64,000 nucleotides of DNA, from NCBI GenBank assembly GCA_963713605.1, contig CAVQMO010000003.1, positions 224,001-288,000 on the forward strand. Reading direction: 5' to 3'. Origin of the DNA: an uncultured Nitrososphaerales archaeon (GTDB lineage: Archaea; Thermoproteota; Nitrososphaeria; Nitrososphaerales; Nitrososphaeraceae). Under the pieces are notes generated by a model. It saw only the letters and a list, made by a program, of their open reading frames with translations. It made no database searches and was not told the DNA's origin. This document shows, piece after piece, positions 45,226-57,795 of the stretch. Made by a program: the position numbers and the translations under genes. Positions within the stretch are counted from its first letter, which is position 1. Each line of letters starts with the position of its first letter.

Positions 45226-45798
45226 ATGAAAGCAAAGATTTTGGCGACGACCGTGATAGTTACGGCCGCTTTGTTAGCCATAACGAATTTGACGACCTTT
45301 ACACCTGGGCAAGGGGTTAATGCGCAGAAGTCAATGATGGGCGACTATGGTGGAGAGGGAAATATGACCTCCGGTCACCAACAGAAGATGAGTATGATCA
45401 ATGGATCAATTAATCTTGAACAAACTATTTTTGAAGCAATTGGTTCTAAGGTTAATACAACACTCACTCAAGCAATAACCACTGCAGAGCAATCAGTAGG
45501 TAATAACTCATTTGCATTGGCAGCATATGGTGGCGATCATGACGGATTCTTGGCCTTTACGATTCTCCTGAGTACGCCTGATATGGAATTCTATAAGGTT
45601 ATAGTAGATCCGGGAACCGGACAAGTATTAGCATCAGGGGAGGTATCTCACATGGAATGGATGAGAATGCAGCAAATGATGCATAGCAGAAGTGCAGGTG
45701 GGGAAGGCATGATGATGATGGGACCGGACGGAATGATGGGACCGGACGGAATGATGGGACCGGACGGAATGATGGGGCATGAAGGAATGATGAAATAA
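45226..45798 (+). CDS. Secreted PepSY-like protein with a Met-rich tail
   Basis: TLTQAI..AE...VIVDPGTGQVL; C-terminal (MMGPDG)x3. Confidence 0.7.
   Translation: MKAKILATTVIVTAALLAITNLTTFTPGQGVNAQKSMMGDYGGEGNMTSGHQQKMSMINGSINLEQTIFEAIGSKVNTTLTQAITTAEQSVGNNSFALAAYGGDHDGFLAFTILLSTPDMEFYKVIVDPGTGQVLASGEVSHMEWMRMQQMMHSRSAGGEGMMMMGPDGMMGPDGMMGPDGMMGHEGMMK
45715..45777 (+). repeat. 18-bp tandem repeat ATGATGGGACCGGACGGA x3
   Basis: Read directly from the sequence. Confidence 0.9.
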
Positions 45799-45964
45799 GA
45801 TACGGTATCGAGGAAAGGTAGTAATAGATATACAGGAAAGTATTACACACTCTGAAGGGTGATGTTCTTATCAGAACTCCCCACAATTTTAATTTAATTC
45901 TGGGAATCGAGCATCGGCATGGAAATCAACCCCAATATTGGGAAGTCACATTCGCCTTTCCATT

Positions 45965-46156
45965 TTAGTTACAATAGAAGAATGAAAAAAATGTATTGTT
46001 GCAACTACCATACACACTCCTAAGCTTCCTAAATATGTTCAAACATTCATAAGAATCAAAAACGTATTTTCTATCATCTGCTCGTATCCTGCTACTCATA
46101 TCTTTTTCTACTTTTTCAATGAATTGCCTCTTGAAAGCTTGATTTTCGTAGAGCAT
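45965..46156 (-). CDS. Small TRASH/YHS-like protein or fragment
   Basis: KYVFDSYEC...F motif. Confidence 0.4.
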   Translation of the reverse strand: MLYENQAFKRQFIEKVEKDMSSRIRADDRKYVFDSYECLNIFRKLRSVYGSCNNTFFSFFYCN

Positions 46157-46495
46157 ATTCTAGACCTCTTTTTTCTTACATCTTCTTTTTTTAAGCCCCA
46201 TGAAACTAGAGCACCCGAGCTCTGTACAGTGTAATAAATGAAATCTAATGCATCATATCAACCTGTGACTTTAATTTTGTCCAGCAATAGTCAAAGCATA
46301 GGTACTGCACGCATGATTTATAATAAGTAACTAGCCAGGATAGCCTGGTTGTTGCAGTTATCTTTGTTCCTATTGGTTTTGATATTATCATCATCTGATC
46401 ATCATCATCATCTGCATCATCATCATCATCTGCATCATTGTTGTTGTTGTTCTTGGAGGTTAAGAAGTAACTGGAGTTCAAATCAGAAGAAGTTA

Positions 46496-46953
46496 ATGAA
46501 TACAATTCTCCAAAAGGGTACTATAGTTGGAAGCAAATAGAATTACTAGTAAAAAAAGTCGCTAATAAAATACTAGATTCGAACAAAAGGTACGATGCTA
46601 TTCTGGGAATTACAAACGGGGGAATCATTCCAGCCAGATTAATTGCACGTGAACTTGATATTAATCACATTTTATTTATACCTGTAAGAAGTAAAAAGCT
46701 ACATAAAGAGGAGATGTCTCCATTGTTCGATAGCAAAAAATATCTTGTAGTTGACGATATTTATGATACTGGAAATACGTATTCTGTTGTTTCTAACGAA
46801 GTGGGAAAATTTGATTGTGATTTTGCATTTCTAGTGAGAAGATTTGAAGCTAAAGTTGGTGATGGTGGAGATGCATTTGTCGGAGAAATATTGAACCATA
46901 AGAAGTGGATTGTATTCCCATGGGAACGAAAAACGGATGATGTACATGGATAA
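46496..46953 (+). CDS. Type I phosphoribosyltransferase, 5' frameshift
   Basis: ILGITNGGIIPA, LVVDDIYDTGNT, WIVFPWE. Confidence 0.85.
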
Positions 46954-47060
46954 CAGCATCACTTTGAGTTTCTTGTAATGTTTATAACATAGGGATTAAA
47001 TTTATCACTATCCTCATATGCGATACTCTAATTCTGAAAAGAGCGAAAATTCAAGATTGC

Positions 47061-48921
47061 ATGGAACATTCGAAGCCAACATTAAAGATCGTTACGGCAA
47101 TGAGACTGATGAGATTGCAGACCTGAAAAGAAAGATCAGTCTAGCTAAAGGCAAAAAAAGGTCGACTTGGTAATAAAAAATGCTAGATTAGTAAACGTTT
47201 TTTCTGGAGATATCCATCAAACTGATGTTGCCATAGCGAACGGAATATTTGTGGGAGTTGGAGAAGGGTATGACAATGCTAGACGGTCATATGATGCTCA
47301 TGGAAGATATATGTGTCCTGGGCTTGTTGATGGCCATATACATATAGAGTCCACTTTTCTATCTCCGATCGAGTTTTGTAGTGTAGTAGCATTACATGGA
47401 ACCTCAACAGTAATATGCGATCCTCATGAGATAGCAAATGTATTTGGTCGGGCTGGATTGGACTACCTTCTGAGTTCAAGTATGAACCTACCTGTCAAGG
47501 TTTATCTTATGATGCCCTCGTGTGTCCCAGCAACAAGCATGGAAACATCTGGGGCCACTATTCTTCCAACAGATATACATGATTACTTACAGCGTTATCC
47601 GAACCGAGTTATCGGATTGGCAGAAATGATGAATTATCCAGGAGTCTTACTTGAGGATACACAGGTCATAACTAAGCTAATTCGGCAGGCTCAAGGCCTA
47701 AGGACGGACACGCTCCACTCCTCTATGGCAAATCGCTTGATGCCTATGTTATAGCCGGATTGGGAAGCGATCATGAATGCACAACAGCAAAAGAAGCTAA
47801 GGAAAAGTTGCGCAAAGGTATGCATATTATGGTGAGACAGGGAGCTCATGAAAAGAATCTTAAAGACCTCCTTCCTTTAGTTAACGAATTCAACAGCTCC
47901 CATTTCAGCCTTGTTTCAGATGATCGTGACCCGATAGACTTGAAGGAAAATGGACACATTGATTATTTAGTTCGTATGTGTATTTCGTTAGGGCTGGCTC
48001 CAATTAGAGCAATTCGGATGGCATCCATTAATACTGCCAGATATTTTGGGTTAAATTATGTGGGTGCAATAGCCCCAGGATTTAAGGCAGATTTTATATT
48101 ATTAAATGATTTGAAATTGTTTACCATCTCCCAAGTTTTTCTTGATGGCAGTGAAGTAGGAAACGTTGATGCTATCAGAAACGACAATAATTATTTAATC
48201 GATAAGAGTTCACTTTCTTTTTCATCTGTTTTGGAAGAAAATTCAATGCACATCAAAAATCTCGAAAATCCTAATATGTTTGCAATTTACGCAGATTCAA
48301 ATGCTGCCTTCATCGTCCTCCTCCTCATCTTCATCGTCATTATTACAAGTAATTGGTGTCGTTCCAGGGCAAATTATTACCCAAAAAAGAGCTCTTCAGG
48401 CAAAGATTGATGGAAAACATGAAGCGATGGCAGATCCAAGCAGAGACTTGGCGAAGCTAGCTGTGATTGAGCGTCATCATAAAACTGGAAATGTGGGACT
48501 GGGTTTTGTTCAAGGATTGGGTTTACAAAGGGGAGCTATAGCAAGCAGTGTAGCCCACGACTCACATAACCTGATAGTTGCTGGAATGAATAATATTGAT
48601 ATGTTGACGGCTGCAAAACATATTTCAGCTATTGGTGGAGGCTTATCAGTAGCCTATAATAACGAGGTTACAGCGAGCCTTCCACTTCCAATAGCAGGAC
48701 TTATCTCGGATTTGCCGATAGAATCGGTAATTTCGAGCCTTGGAGAGCTTAATGAGGCGTGCCTAAAGCTTGGCAGTAATGTTGTAAAAGATCCATTCAT
48801 GCTACTGTCCTTCCTAGCACTCCCCGTTATACCTTCTTTGAAGCTGACAGAAAAGGGATTAGTAGATGTGGATAAATTTCAGTTTACCGATCTGTGGGGA
48901 GACCATAAAAATAATGATTAG
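47061..48921 (+). CDS. ade: Adenine deaminase (split by frameshifts)
   Basis: PGLVDGHIHIES, DPHEIANV, GLAEMMNYPG, SDHEC, SSVAHDSHN, FLALPVIP. Confidence 0.92.
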
Positions 48922-48975
48922 CACTAGGATACAAATTTTGTTCGAGTCTATCTAGAAAGTACAGACAGTTTGTTT

Positions 48976-50110
48976 CTACTTTTCTATACTTATGGTATTA
49001 TTATTGTTAGTATCTCTTTTAAGATTGTTCTTGGTACCACTCTTTTGTCCTGCCATAAGAAATAGCTGATTAGATCTAACTTTATGCTTTATTGATTTTG
49101 CTGGAACTCCTGCAACTATATCTTCATTATCAATATCATTAATTACAGATGCACCACTACCAACGATTACCTTATTTCCAATCTTTACTTTATGTTTTAT
49201 AGTTGAATTCAAACCAGTCCAACACATATCCCCAATCCTAGTACTTCCTCCTATAATAGTTCCCGCTGTCAAGGCAGAATGTCTTCCTATTTCTACATTA
49301 TGAGCTACATGTACCTAGAGCATCAAGCTTGGTTCCCTCTCCAATTATTGTATCAGAAAGTGAACCCCTTGCTATAGAACAATTGGAACAGATCTCTACA
49401 TTATCGCCTAGAACTACTCCTCCAATATGTGGAAATCTTTGCAGCTCTAAACTATCCTCCATCCTCTCATAAGCAAAGCCATCAGCTCCAATAACCGTTC
49501 CAGGCTGTATAATGCAATTCTTGCCAATTCTAGTATTCTGTTCTATAATTACATAATCACCAACAACTGTATTATCTCCTATAATGCATTTATCACCTAT
49601 CTTGGTAAAGTTACCGATAGAGCAATTCTTGCCTATTCTGGCTGATTTCGATATAATTGACGCGAGAGGAGCTACTGCAACTTTATCATCCTGACGGGTT
49701 CTCTTTTTTTTATTTGCAGAGGGAGAATAATAGATTTCATTTATAATTTTCATCATAACCATTCTAGGATTCTTTACAAATACCAAAGATTGTTGCTTTC
49801 CCGATCTAGGATATACCAGGTTCTCCAGCGATTGGTGACAAATAATTATCTTGGCATTTGATTTGGAAATAGCCATTATTGCATTTTCTGCATCATCTGA
49901 AGAACAAAATGATAAATCTTCACTTGAAGCACTTTTGATATCTTTTATGCCATAAATGGTTGTTGAATCAAAATCTTCTTTTGAGCTATAAATAGAATAT
50001 TTAACCCCTAGATTTGAAAGAATAGACACAATACCAAATGATATAGGAAGAATGCCATTACTGTCGCTAATATTACTCAAATGAGGGCTTTGGGAGTGAC
50101 GGCGTGGCAT
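48976..50110 (-). CDS. LpxD-like hexapeptide N-acyltransferase, frameshifted
   Basis: VKNPR, IGADGFAY, PHIGGV.LGDNVEI, IARGSLSDT, AGVPAK. Confidence 0.85.
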
Positions 50111-50913
50111 TTCTTAAAATTACGGTGTACATGTATAACTTGTCTAATATAAGAGCTTAGTTCCATCAATTCTCGCACTGGAAAATTACAACTAAGATGC
50201 TAATCTAATCTTTTGTTGATAAAGTCCAATAAATCTAGGAATAGTTTAGCAGTATCTAATAAATGTAGCTTTAGTTTTCGATCTTTAGAAATAACACTAA
50301 TTTATCACCATTTCACGGAATTTCTAAACTAACAGGAGGATGCAAATAAGCTTAACTAACATAAAATATTCCGATATCACTGGCATCAAATAAAAAAACT
50401 ATGCTATTATTATTTATTCTTTATAGATCCATCGCTTTTCATTTGCTCAGTCTAGCTATCCGCCCCGTGATTTACCTTTTTTTGGGGACAAAACCATCTC
50501 CTGCTTCCGTATAACGAAATCTAATGTCGATCACAACTCTTAACATATTGTATACAAGGCCACATATAGTAATCGATTTTATAAGATTTTAGGCACATCA
50601 TGGTCCGGGTGAGGAGAATGAATCTAGATTCATAGATCAGCCCCTTCTTCCTGAAAATACGGTTGTAAGTCCAGGAACAAATGTGTTTTTGTTCAATGGT
50701 GATGCCGGACATGAGTATAATATCGTAAGAAAAGACAATGCCACTGGCCAGAACCTTTACCAAACAGGAGAATTTAAAGGATTTGAAGCTAGAAATCAGA
50801 TGGTTCTTACAATGGATCTTTCAGCACAGACCGCAGACCTCCAGGGCAGAGGATTATCAATACTCGGTACACATAACTTCAAGGATCTTAGAGGGGGACC
50901 AGAAGGATCGCAC

Positions 50914-50941
50914 TTTCATATATTGTAAACCAAATGGTTTA
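50914..50941. repeat. 28-bp direct repeat, copy 1, containing the palindrome GTAAACCA-AA-TGGTTTAC (50925-50942)
   Basis: TTTCATATATTGTAAACCAAATGGTTTA is identical at 62268..62295. Confidence 0.9.
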
Positions 50942-51034
50942 CTATGCATAAATATTTGTAAATTCACAATATATATAAGCCGAATAACTTGCATGACTAG
51001 CAATTGCAGATAATCAGAAGTTCAAATAAATATC

Positions 51035-51193
51035 ATGCCTGGAATACCACCAAGAAACCTCTCTCTAGCCACATTAATTACCAAATATATCAATAGCGTA
51101 AGATCAATGAATCATTCGACAGCAAGACAGTACCAGAATAGATTACAAGATTTCGCTTCCTTTATCGATAAGAGGCACAAGATTAGTATATAA
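51035..51193 (+). pseudogene. Possible integrase N-terminal (core-binding) remnant
   Basis: ITKYINSVRSMNHSTARQYQNRLQDFASFI resembles the 's..T...Y...l..f..f' SAM-like domain. Confidence 0.45.
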
Positions 51194-51208
51194 TGTTTAA
51201 TACGTGGA

Positions 51209-51490
51209 TTGTATTGTCCTATATCAATGTCACAGGATTCTAGAATTGAAAGAAAAAGGAAATTGGAAGAACAACTCAATAGTAAAGTGTCTAACGATTG
51301 GAAGGATTTAGTTGAGAAATCAGATCAGTACATGAAACAAATGCAAGAAAATAATCGCCGATATTATGAACAACAACTAGATAAAGAACTAGATGATATG
51401 GAAAAAGACCTTAAGTCGGGAAATATCATTGGTGCAATGTATCATCGGAATGCTGCTGATACCTACCTCAGGTTACTTAATTTAATGTGA
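51209..51490 (+). CDS. Hypothetical coiled-coil protein
   Basis: Charged helical 93-aa ORF. Confidence 0.5.
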   Translation: MYCPISMSQDSRIERKRKLEEQLNSKVSNDWKDLVEKSDQYMKQMQENNRRYYEQQLDKELDDMEKDLKSGNIIGAMYHRNAADTYLRLLNLM

Positions 51491-51517
51491 CTTCTCTCTC
51501 TAGGGAAATGATATCCA

Positions 51518-51832
51518 ATGATATTATTTGGTAAAAAACACCTTCATGCTTCTGAAAGCGATCAATTTGCGGATAGCCTATTGAAATTTTTGAAAGTTAC
51601 ATCAGGCTCTGTAAAACTAGAAGCAGCAAATCAACCCGTATTGAAAATTGAAATAGGTAGAACTAATCATGTCGAAAGTGATGCCATTAATAGAACTATA
51701 ATAAAACTGGATTTATTAGAACCCAATTTCTTAGGCGTCCCAGATGACCAAACCAGTATATTTGATAAGTTAAGAACCGCTACTGAATTTGCAGAAAATC
51801 TTACAGATTTGGCAATATACATAAGAGGATAG
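51518..51832 (+). CDS. Hypothetical protein, possibly truncated
   Basis: 104-aa ORF. Confidence 0.45.
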   Translation: MILFGKKHLHASESDQFADSLLKFLKVTSGSVKLEAANQPVLKIEIGRTNHVESDAINRTIIKLDLLEPNFLGVPDDQTSIFDKLRTATEFAENLTDLAIYIRG

Positions 51833-52050
51833 TTGTATTTAAGCGAGATAAGAAAAACTGTTACGCGGAGTCGTCTTTTCTCTTCGAGTGAACGCTTGAA
51901 ACTTTATTCATTGTCTTTTGGACACAATTCAAGCAGATCCTTATACATACCAAAAAAAACTTATGGTGTATGGCCAGTATGTACCTATGGCTAGTGCCAC
52001 ATGTTGGCCCCATATTCTTCTGCCATGCGCTTCAACTATCCACTTGCAAT

Positions 52051-52084
52051 AAAAAAACCCCTGACCTGTTCCGGCGTCAGGGCC
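52051..52084 (-). terminator. GC hairpin with a T-run on the minus strand
   Basis: CCCTGAC...GTCAGGG stem next to an A7 run. Confidence 0.4.
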
Positions 52085-52797
52085 TCTATTGAATTTCTGA
52101 ATCAATCTTGGAGATATTTCGTGAGGGATACCAGGAGATATAATATCAAAAGGTTTGGACGATATACTTCACAACAGTCCCTCCTAATTTTTTCTCCTGC
52201 ATTTTTACAGTAACAGTAATAGTAATAAACACAGCAGACACGGAATTACTTAAGACAACTCAGATGATAATTATTCTTGTATTATCACTTTTGGTTAATA
52301 TAATTAATCACCTGTCATTCCACGTGATACCTAATCTGACATCTAAGGAAGTGTGGGTGGAAGTGGGGGTAGTTCAGGAGGTGATTCTGGTGTAACTGTT
52401 GGTTAGTACTTGACTAAGAGTAACAGAATCACCGATCATCCTCTGTGCGAACGGGGATGCTCGAACAAAGGTACCTTCCTTATATTGGATGAAACTATTC
52501 CAGTGCATATCAAAATTGACATGGAATTGCAAACCACTTATTAACGGGCATTCATATCCGGCTAAGAATTAAATTATTTTAAACGATGTTGCTTATTAGA
52601 TAGTAAATTCTGGCAAACAAAGCTGTTGGGGCACGTGTGTTGCACAAGCCGTGCCCCTCAGCCCTGTATAGAAAAGAATATGACACTATATCAGTTCAAT
52701 GACTTGACATTGTATAGTAGATGGAGAATCCATAACTTTTTGATGAATGCCACAGTATAAGCCATTTATAATAAGATGAATAAGATCGGAGAAAGAA

Positions 52798-52962
52798 ATG
52801 GCTAAGTTAAAGAAAGATTTTAGGCATGAGATTAAGAAAGTTGCAGAGAATATTGGAGAAGAGATTAAAGAAAATACAGAATTAGCCGAGCATGAAACAG
52901 GTATAGATAACGTAAAGAAAGATGCAAAGTCTGTATTTAATAAAATGAAAGAAACTTTATAA
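52798..52962 (+). CDS. Small hydrophilic helical protein (54 aa)
   Basis: MAKLKKDFRHEIKKVAENIGEEIKENTELAEHETGIDNVKKDAKSVFNKMKETL; below the ORF-track cutoff. Confidence 0.45.
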   Translation: MAKLKKDFRHEIKKVAENIGEEIKENTELAEHETGIDNVKKDAKSVFNKMKETL

Positions 52963-53093
52963 AAACAGAAGTCAATGGGAAATCATATTCCCATCAACTC
53001 TGTCTTGATATGTCTAGTGTTTAATTTAACCCTACAATATTAGATTAAACTGTTATGACTAGAGACTTTCTTCTAGCCAAATTCTAGCCAAAA

Positions 53094-53381
53094 TTGTTAT
53101 ATATGATAAAGTTGATTTGCAATTTGATGATAAGTCAAATATTTTTAGCCATTGGCGTCGCAATCGTTGCGTCGGTATTGGTGACTGGACTTGCATCCAC
53201 TATTTATGCACAGTCAAATATGACTGGTGGAAACATGACTGGTGGAAACATGACTGGTGGAAACATGAGTATGCCGATTGCTGGAACCACAGGTGATGGT
53301 GGAAGCGACAACGGTGATGGAGATGATGGAAACGGTGATGGCGATGGAGACGGAGACGGTGAGGGCGGAGGAAATAATTAG
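53094..53381 (+). CDS. Small secreted protein with (NMTGG)x3 and a Gly/Asp tail
   Basis: Signal peptide ending IYA-Q; 15-bp tandem repeat. Confidence 0.7.
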   Translation: MLYMIKLICNLMISQIFLAIGVAIVASVLVTGLASTIYAQSNMTGGNMTGGNMTGGNMSMPIAGTTGDGGSDNGDGDDGNGDGDGDGDGEGGGNN

Positions 53382-53599
53382 TAAACATTTATTTTAATTC
53401 CTGAAACACGTTTATGACTTTTTATTTTTTTTAAGCTTCATCTGATCTACTTTAAGAATAGATCTACAATCAAAATTAGAATGACTCATATTAATTTGGC
53501 CAAAGTTCCAAGCTATTCAAATTTATTTATAGTCTCATTTGTTGAGAGTTTAAGCATAGGCTCAAAAGATCCAAAAATCTTCGCCACTAACACTAATCA

Positions 53600-54010
53600 C
53601 TGGAGTGTCATTTAGAAAGTCGCCAAATGCTATCCATTTCGTGGATCCTGCTGATATCGACAGTAGAAGAGATGGATTTAAGAACGATTTGTTAAAGCTT
53701 GCTTCTTTTGTTGATATTTTAAGTCTAAATGAAAATGAAGGTAGGTCCTTGAGGAAGGCCTCAGGATTCTCTTCTTTATTGCCGACCAGTAGTTATGATG
53801 GTAACGACTTGAAAAACGCCGCAAAGAAACTTTCGTCTAAATTCAGAATGTCTTGAAATCCATACTAACAAGGGAGACGTCATGATCTGATGGATCAGGG
53901 ACGTCTTATGTTAATTCTATAAAAGTCAAGCAAATACGCTTACGGGTGCAGGAGATTCCTGGGATGCCGCAAATGTCTTGGCATACCTTTTAGAATTAGA
54001 ATCAACTGAA
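53600..54010 (+). pseudogene. PfkB-family carbohydrate kinase remnant
   Basis: FVDPADI, LSLNENE and TGAGDSWDAA in broken frames. Confidence 0.7.
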
Positions 54011-54165
54011 ACTTGCTAATTAGTGACTTATGCAAGAAGAGAAACGATGGACTATTGCGTTGTGATGAACCTGATCATCCTGGTTACAAATTTTGTAATT
54101 CCGACTAATGATTAAAAATCTCTTTTTCTAATTTCTAATATATAACACAGACATAACTAGCCAGT

Positions 54166-54910
54166 ATGTATATATCAACAATTGTTGTAATAATAATGCT
54201 GTTAGGAACATCAACACCCTTGACAGCTTTAGTAAATGCAACAATAGTAGACTATGATGATGAACCAGAAGAGCAGGAAGAATGTGAAGAGAGAAGCGAC
54301 TATGATGGTCTATGTAGTGGTATAAATGGAGCAACAGGCATACCATTCTGTGATCAATATAATGCAACAGAGAGAGCTTGGATTTATCCCAATCTCACAA
54401 ATCCAAGTCATTGTTTGAGTAGAGAACATAATCCAATAGGATTCTGTCAAGAGTTTGACGACCTAACCAATACCTATGAGTACTGTAGAAATGTTCCAGG
54501 AAGTGAAGAGTATTTCGAGTATGCAAAAACAGGAGGACCAGATGAAAGCTGTCTCTTTGATGTATATCAGATAAAATGTCAATCATTTCCTAACATGAAT
54601 GAGACTGCCAGGGAGCAATGTCCTGAAGGTTTTGCAACAAATGAAGATGATTACTGCTTCCCTTTACATCGAGAAGGATGTCCTGAAGGTTATCATGGTA
54701 CAGATGATGATGAGACAGGTCAATGTTATCCCAATAAGTGAAGGATGTAATGCTTGGGTCCAGCCGGCATATATAGATGAACGTTTCGATTACATCTTGC
54801 TAACTGACCAAGAAGAAGGCAGAGGTGACAATTGTTCCGATCCAGGTAATTACTGTCCTGATTACCCTATATTATCCAGAGTGTAAAGATTACTTAGAGA
54901 CAATAGCTGA
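54166..54910 (+). CDS. Secreted Cys-rich acidic protein, frameshifted
   Basis: Signal peptide; repeated CPEG[FY] motifs; continues in the 54599 frame. Confidence 0.6.
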
Positions 54911-55351
54911 ATTAAACCAAACCAGAACTGATTAAAAATCTCTTTTTTTAACTTTATGTGTGGCTAGAGCTAGTGGGACTTCTGTAATTAATTTTCCTGG
55001 TGCAGGTGGTGGGACCAGCTATCTTCTCATCATTGGCGCTATCATAGCAATTGTAGGTTTAATTTATTTCATCAAGAAGAATCCTAATTTTCCTCCTCTA
55101 CTGGCTCTGTCCCTTCAGTTGCTGGTGGGAATTCTGCATCTCCTTGATCTGTTAGTGAGGGTTGTCTTTCGAAAATCCCAGTTCAGAATCTTGTTCTAGT
55201 TGCTCTAACACGCCTCCTTGTAGTGGGGCAACTGGACCAGATGGGGGAGGTGTTTGTGATTGTTCTCAGAACCCTCACCTTGATTGTATTTGACTATAGT
55301 CCTATTATCGAATCAATGTATTCACTATTCCTAAATATAGAAAAAAACTGG

Positions 55352-56080
55352 TTAGTTGTTACTGTCATCTTCTTGTCCTGATTCTTCGGATAGTTGTTCT
55401 TCCTCACGTTCAGATTCTTCTTCCTCACTTTGTAGTTGCTGCTCTTCCGACTGCTCTTCCGGTTCTACGACGGCTTCTTGCTCCTCCAAAACACAGTGAC
55501 CAGTCTCTTCGTTTAGTATCTGCCTTTCTGGGCATTCAGTCGGAGCACAGAAACCTAAGTCTTCATTAAACTCTAGGTCTTCTTGGCAAACTGGCACAGG
55601 TAATTCCTCTTCCGCAGTAACTGGTTCTGTTGTTGCTGGCGGTTCAGCTGCTCCTTGATCTGTTGGTTGCGCTGCTGCTGCTGCTGCTGCTGTAAAACGC
55701 TGTCTTGAAGTAAAACACTCTGGCTTCGTGTTAGTGGCAATATCCCTCCTTCACCTTCACTTGGTGGTTGTTGTAAAACCCCATCGCCTTGTGGAGGAGC
55801 AAATGGACCAGTTCGGATGCGGTCCAGCTGAACCGGACCGCAGTTCTCCCCGTAGAAATCGCACGACTGACACCAGGTCACAAGTTCCCCCGGATTATAC
55901 AGATCCGGCTCTGTCCAGCAACATGTCACTACATTAAAATCAGGAGACACATCACATCCACCCCCTTCACCCCAATTGCGATCAGCAGGTTCCGCAAATG
56001 CTCGTGAGTATGAACTATAAATAAATGCGACAACTAAGACCGATATCACTACAAAAATTGCGGGCTTACTATACAATGCC
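55352..56080 (-). CDS. Secreted Cys/Gln/Glu-rich protein, frameshifted
   Basis: Hydrophobic segment ending AFA-E, TCCW...WCQSC, poly-Q, acidic tail in the 55352 frame. Confidence 0.5.
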
Positions 56081-56089
56081 AATCTTATC

Positions 56090-56997
56090 AAGCCGGTGAC
56101 TTTGACTACTCTCTCAAGGTAGAAACGCTGGATATTACTAGTGATCTTACCAAGGCAGTCCTCCACAGCAAAGTGTCCTGAATCAAGTCTGTGCATCTCG
56201 GCGTTAGGTAGATCCTTTAGATAAGCTTCTCCGCCCTATCGAGTAAAGAATATGTCATTCTGTCCCCAGAAAATCAACGACTTTGGCTGACGGTCGCGTA
56301 AGAATTTTTGCCATCTTGGATACAGCGTTAAGTTAGTGCGATAGTCATAGAACAAATCCATGTGAACGCGTCGTGCATTTTGTCGTTCCATGAACCTAAA
56401 ATCCATGTTCCAATTGTCAGGACTGATGGATTCAGGATATTTGTGACCGTAGAGATAGACTTGTCTGATCGCATCAAGTTGTAAAAAACCGTATAGAGGG
56501 GCCTCCGTTTCAGAAATACGGTTTTTCCAAAGTCTGTTACGCAGACCATCCCATGCACTGGTAAAGCCAATTTCATAGGCGTTTGCGTTCTGTATTACTA
56601 GCCATTCGAGCCATTCGGGATGTCGAGTTATTATTCGAAAACCAATTGGCCCGCCATAGTCCTGCATGTAAAGTCCAAATTGTGTAAAGCCTATTACCTA
56701 AGAAATCTTCCATTATCTCAGAGAGTCGATCGAAAGTATAATTGAACTCATCTGGGTTTGGTTGATCAGAGTTCCCAAAACCAGGGTAGTCGGGTGCGAC
56801 GACATGGAAATGGTCTGCTAAGATAGATATAAGATTACGGTACTGGTGAGAAGAAGAAGGAAACCCATGAAGCAATACCAGCTTCGGATTGGTTGGGTTC
56901 CCAGATTCCCTATAGAAAATAGACACTTGTCAACTGTTACTGTCTTGTAGAGCGTCCCTGTATTATACATTTTTTGATTTGAAGCCTGTTTATTCAT
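56090..56997 (-). CDS. Alpha/beta hydrolase (epoxide hydrolase/dehalogenase-like), frameshifted
   Basis: LLHGFPSSS, APDYPGFG, nucleophile QDYGG, catalytic His in DSGHFA. Confidence 0.85.
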
Positions 56998-57207
56998 GAC
57001 AAATGAAAATCTAGTATCTGTATTTATCCTGTGAGTCTTACCACTACCTTACTGTAAGCCAGTTGTTGTTGTTGCTGTGGAACGTTTGATTATAAGGTCA
57101 TGATATTCTGAAAAGCGATCTTCAAGATTTTCTGGCACTGCTTTATAAAGACATATAGAACAGTTATAGGTATTTCAAAACCTTTTATTGCTTCATTACT
57201 CATGTTT

Positions 57208-57420
57208 TCAAGTTGGAAGAGCATCCTCATATCTTCCCTGTTCGATTAATTTAGTTGGCAAGGTGGCCAATACATTTAGCCCATTTTTTGATTTCTGTTT
57301 TGCCAGTTCCCCAATATCGCGAATACTATTAAGACTTGGTATAGCAGAAAAGCTGCCATCATCATAAAAACCTCCATCAGCTGGGATTATCATTATATCT
57401 TGTGAGTTGAACAGGAGTTT
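57208..57420 (-). pseudogene. Possible ParA/Soj fragment
   Basis: DIMIIPA...LNSI..I......LNVLATLPTK resembles the ParA C-terminal half; weak. Confidence 0.3.
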
Positions 57421-57559
57421 TACATTTTAGACTTTGTCAATTGATTCTATGAATTTCTAGTTGCTCTTTTGTATAAATAAGCAAAACATTAATCTGATTG
57501 CGATCTATCTCTCTTCTTACATACGCATTAACATTTTCTTTAAATTGTGGCTCGTTACT

Positions 57560-57795
57560 GTATGTAAAGACAGACGTGGTCACGATCCTTCATTTCTAAA
57601 ATAATGTTACCCACATAATCCATCTTGTTGTATAAGGCTTCTTGCTCATCGAGGAATTGATTTATCATGTTGTCTTAGGAGCTCAGGTTTACTAGACATA
57701 CCCATACTCTTGGCCCTAAATGTTTGCAGGAATTGATCCAGTCTTTTGATCATAAGTTTTGGAAGGTGAACGTAATACCAATCCTTACGCCCCAT
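57560..57795 (-). pseudogene. Ribbon-helix-helix (CopG-like) protein, frameshifted
   Basis: MGRKDWYYVHLPKLMIKRLDQFLQ...GMSSKPELLR / INQFLDEQ. Confidence 0.55.

Noticed and set aside
46245..46540. His-rich or Asp-rich ORFs
   Set aside because: Arise from a (TCA/TGT)n low-complexity tract; no other support for coding
48976..50110. Lipid A biosynthesis (true lpxD function)
   Set aside because: Archaeal context and no other lpx genes; more likely a sugar or glycan acyltransferase
52627..52658. tRNA or structured ncRNA at the GGGGCACG...CGTGCCCC hairpin
   Set aside because: Only one short stem; no cloverleaf or T-loop motifs
55573..56196. A single 207-aa gene
   Set aside because: Appears chimeric: the N-terminal part is the hydrolase C-terminus (DSGHFA) read through into a separate secreted protein
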